A DNA stretch of 64,000 bases from assembly GCA_900550035.1 (NCBI GenBank), contig URQS01000002.1, forward strand, positions 17,150 to 81,149, in the 5' to 3' direction. The DNA is from an uncultured Prevotella sp. GTDB taxonomy: Bacteria > Bacteroidota > Bacteroidia > Bacteroidales > Bacteroidaceae. Each line of letters opens with the position of its first letter. Positions within the stretch are counted from its first letter, which is position 1. The notes beneath the pieces are model-generated. The model did no database searches. It had not been told where the DNA came from and saw only the letters and a program-made list of their open reading frames with translations. This document shows positions 62,520 through 64,000 of this stretch, piece by piece. A program made the translations under genes and the position numbers.

Positions 62520-63212
62520 ATGATTAAAAGAATAAAGAAACTCAAGAAAATACGCCTACACCGTGAAGGAACCGACACACTCGTATACGGATTCATATTC
62601 ATCGCAGCTATCGCACTGCTGTTGTGGCGATTCTGCGACAACAAAGCCCCATTCTGGTGCTTCACTGTCATATTCGCTGTAGTATACGGTATCGTCATCA
62701 ACTTCTTCCGCTGTCCTATCAGATTTTTCCCAAGCGAAGACACAGAGAAGATTGTAGTAGCTCCTGCCGACGGTCGTATAGTAGTGATTGAGGAAGTAGA
62801 CGAAGACACATACTTTCACGAGCGCCGCATCATGGTGAGCATTTTCATGAGTCTCTTCAACGTACACGCCAACTGGTTCCCCGTAGACGGACGCGTGAAA
62901 CTCGTAGCACACCACAACGGCAACTTCCACAAGGCATGGCTGCCCAAGGCAAGCGAGGAGAACGAGCATGCCGACGTTATCATTACAACTCCCGACGGCG
63001 ACGACATCCTGTGCCGACAAATAGCTGGTGCTGTGGCACGACGCATCGTGACATATGCCAAGGAAGGCGAGGACTGCTACATCGACGAGCATCTCGGATT
63101 TATCAAGTTCGGCTCGCGCGTTGACGTGTATCTGCCGCTCGGCACTGAGATATGCGTAAAGATGGGACAGGCTACAACAGGCGACCAGACCATAATAGCC
63201 AAGCTCAAGTAG
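62520..63212 (+). CDS. psd: Phosphatidylserine decarboxylase
   Basis: FFRCP, APADG, SIFMS..NVH, ARRIV and FGS self-cleavage motif. Confidence 0.93.
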   Translation: MIKRIKKLKKIRLHREGTDTLVYGFIFIAAIALLLWRFCDNKAPFWCFTVIFAVVYGIVINFFRCPIRFFPSEDTEKIVVAPADGRIVVIEEVDEDTYFHERRIMVSIFMSLFNVHANWFPVDGRVKLVAHHNGNFHKAWLPKASEENEHADVIITTPDGDDILCRQIAGAVARRIVTYAKEGEDCYIDEHLGFIKFGSRVDVYLPLGTEICVKMGQATTGDQTIIAKLK

Positions 63213-63304
63213 AGATTGGCTAATAAAGAAATACGGAACTACAATGAACTTGAATAATCGCGGCAATGCCGCGATTTTGATTTTATAAATTCAAAATTCG
63301 AATA

Positions 63305-64000
63305 ATGGCAAACTTTATTACAAGTAAGATACCAAACACCCTGACATGTGGCAATCTCGTATCGGGCTGCATAGCTACCTACTTCGCCTTGTGCGGCGAA
63401 GCACAACTGGCGCTCATGTGGATTGTAGCAGGAGCCGTATTCGACTTCTTCGACGGAATGAGCGCCCGTCTGCTCGGAGTAAGCTCGCCAATAGGCAAGG
63501 AACTCGACTCGCTGGCCGATGACGTGACATTCGGTGTGGCACCAGCAGCAATGGTGTTCACCCAACTCTCGGTAATGGAATATCCGTCGTTTATGGAACC
63601 GATAGCGCCATACGTACCGTTCTTCGCATTCGTAATGGCAGCATTCTCGGCATTACGATTGGCTAAGTTCAATCTCGACACACGACAGACCACATCGTTC
63701 ATCGGACTCCCTACACCTGCCAACGCCTTATTCTGGGCATCGTTGCTGGTATCACAACCCGACATCATCGAGAGTTCTTCAATGATGGTGTTGCCTATGC
63801 TCGCAATGATATGCGTAAGCAGCTGGCTATTGATAGCTGAAATTCCGATGTTCGCCCTAAAGTTCAAGAACTGGGGATGGGCAGGCAACGAGTTAAGATA
63901 CTCATTCATCGTATTCTCTGCCGCCATGATAATATGGTTGGGCATAATGCAAAGCTTCTGGGTTATCATTACAGCTTACTTCCTGACATCGATTGTCGCA
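63305..64000 (+). CDS. pssA: CDP-diacylglycerol--serine O-phosphatidyltransferase (runs off window end)
   Basis: Manual translation MANFITSKIPNTLTCGNLVSGC...FDFFDGMSARLL..SSPIGKELDSLADDVTFGVAP...ALRLAKFN. Confidence 0.93.
   Translation, partial: MANFITSKIPNTLTCGNLVSGCIATYFALCGEAQLALMWIVAGAVFDFFDGMSARLLGVSSPIGKELDSLADDVTFGVAPAAMVFTQLSVMEYPSFMEPIAPYVPFFAFVMAAFSALRLAKFNLDTRQTTSFIGLPTPANALFWASLLVSQPDIIESSSMMVLPMLAMICVSSWLLIAEIPMFALKFKNWGWAGNELRYSFIVFSAAMIIWLGIMQSFWVIITAYFLTSIVA

Overview
A 64-kb chromosomal window from a Bacteroidota organism, most likely Prevotella-like (TAnnTTTG promoters, SusC/SusD pairs, hybrid two-component systems), dominated by glycan utilisation. It holds a first SusC/SusD locus with a nearby PL8 chondroitin lyase, a tRNA-Lys followed by a zone of internally deleted gene remnants, and a second large PUL (GH28-like, SusD, SusC, lipoprotein, HTCS, ECF sigma, heparinase II/III-like lyase, GH97, putative hydrolase, GH2). 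An IS1634 remnant follows, then an unsaturated-uronate catabolic cluster (two DUF4861, GH88, kdgK, eda, GatC-like permease, kduI, kduD-like, sulfatase) and housekeeping genes (DoxX-tpiA, folE, xth, psd, pssA). The strongest leads are: (1) a kdu operon with a signal-peptide-bearing KduI next to an orphan PTS EIIC (GatC-family) permease, suggesting a partly periplasmic pathway with a non-PTS importer; (2) a susC frameshifted at a G7 tract in its signal-peptide region; (3) a coupled DUF3791-DUF3990-small protein module with ADP-ribosyltransferase-like motifs; (4) heptamer-repeat arrays anchored at stop and start codons; (5) an in-frame DoxX-TpiA fusion; (6) a candidate stand-alone sRNA unit. Family assignments come from motif recognition only; no database search was run.
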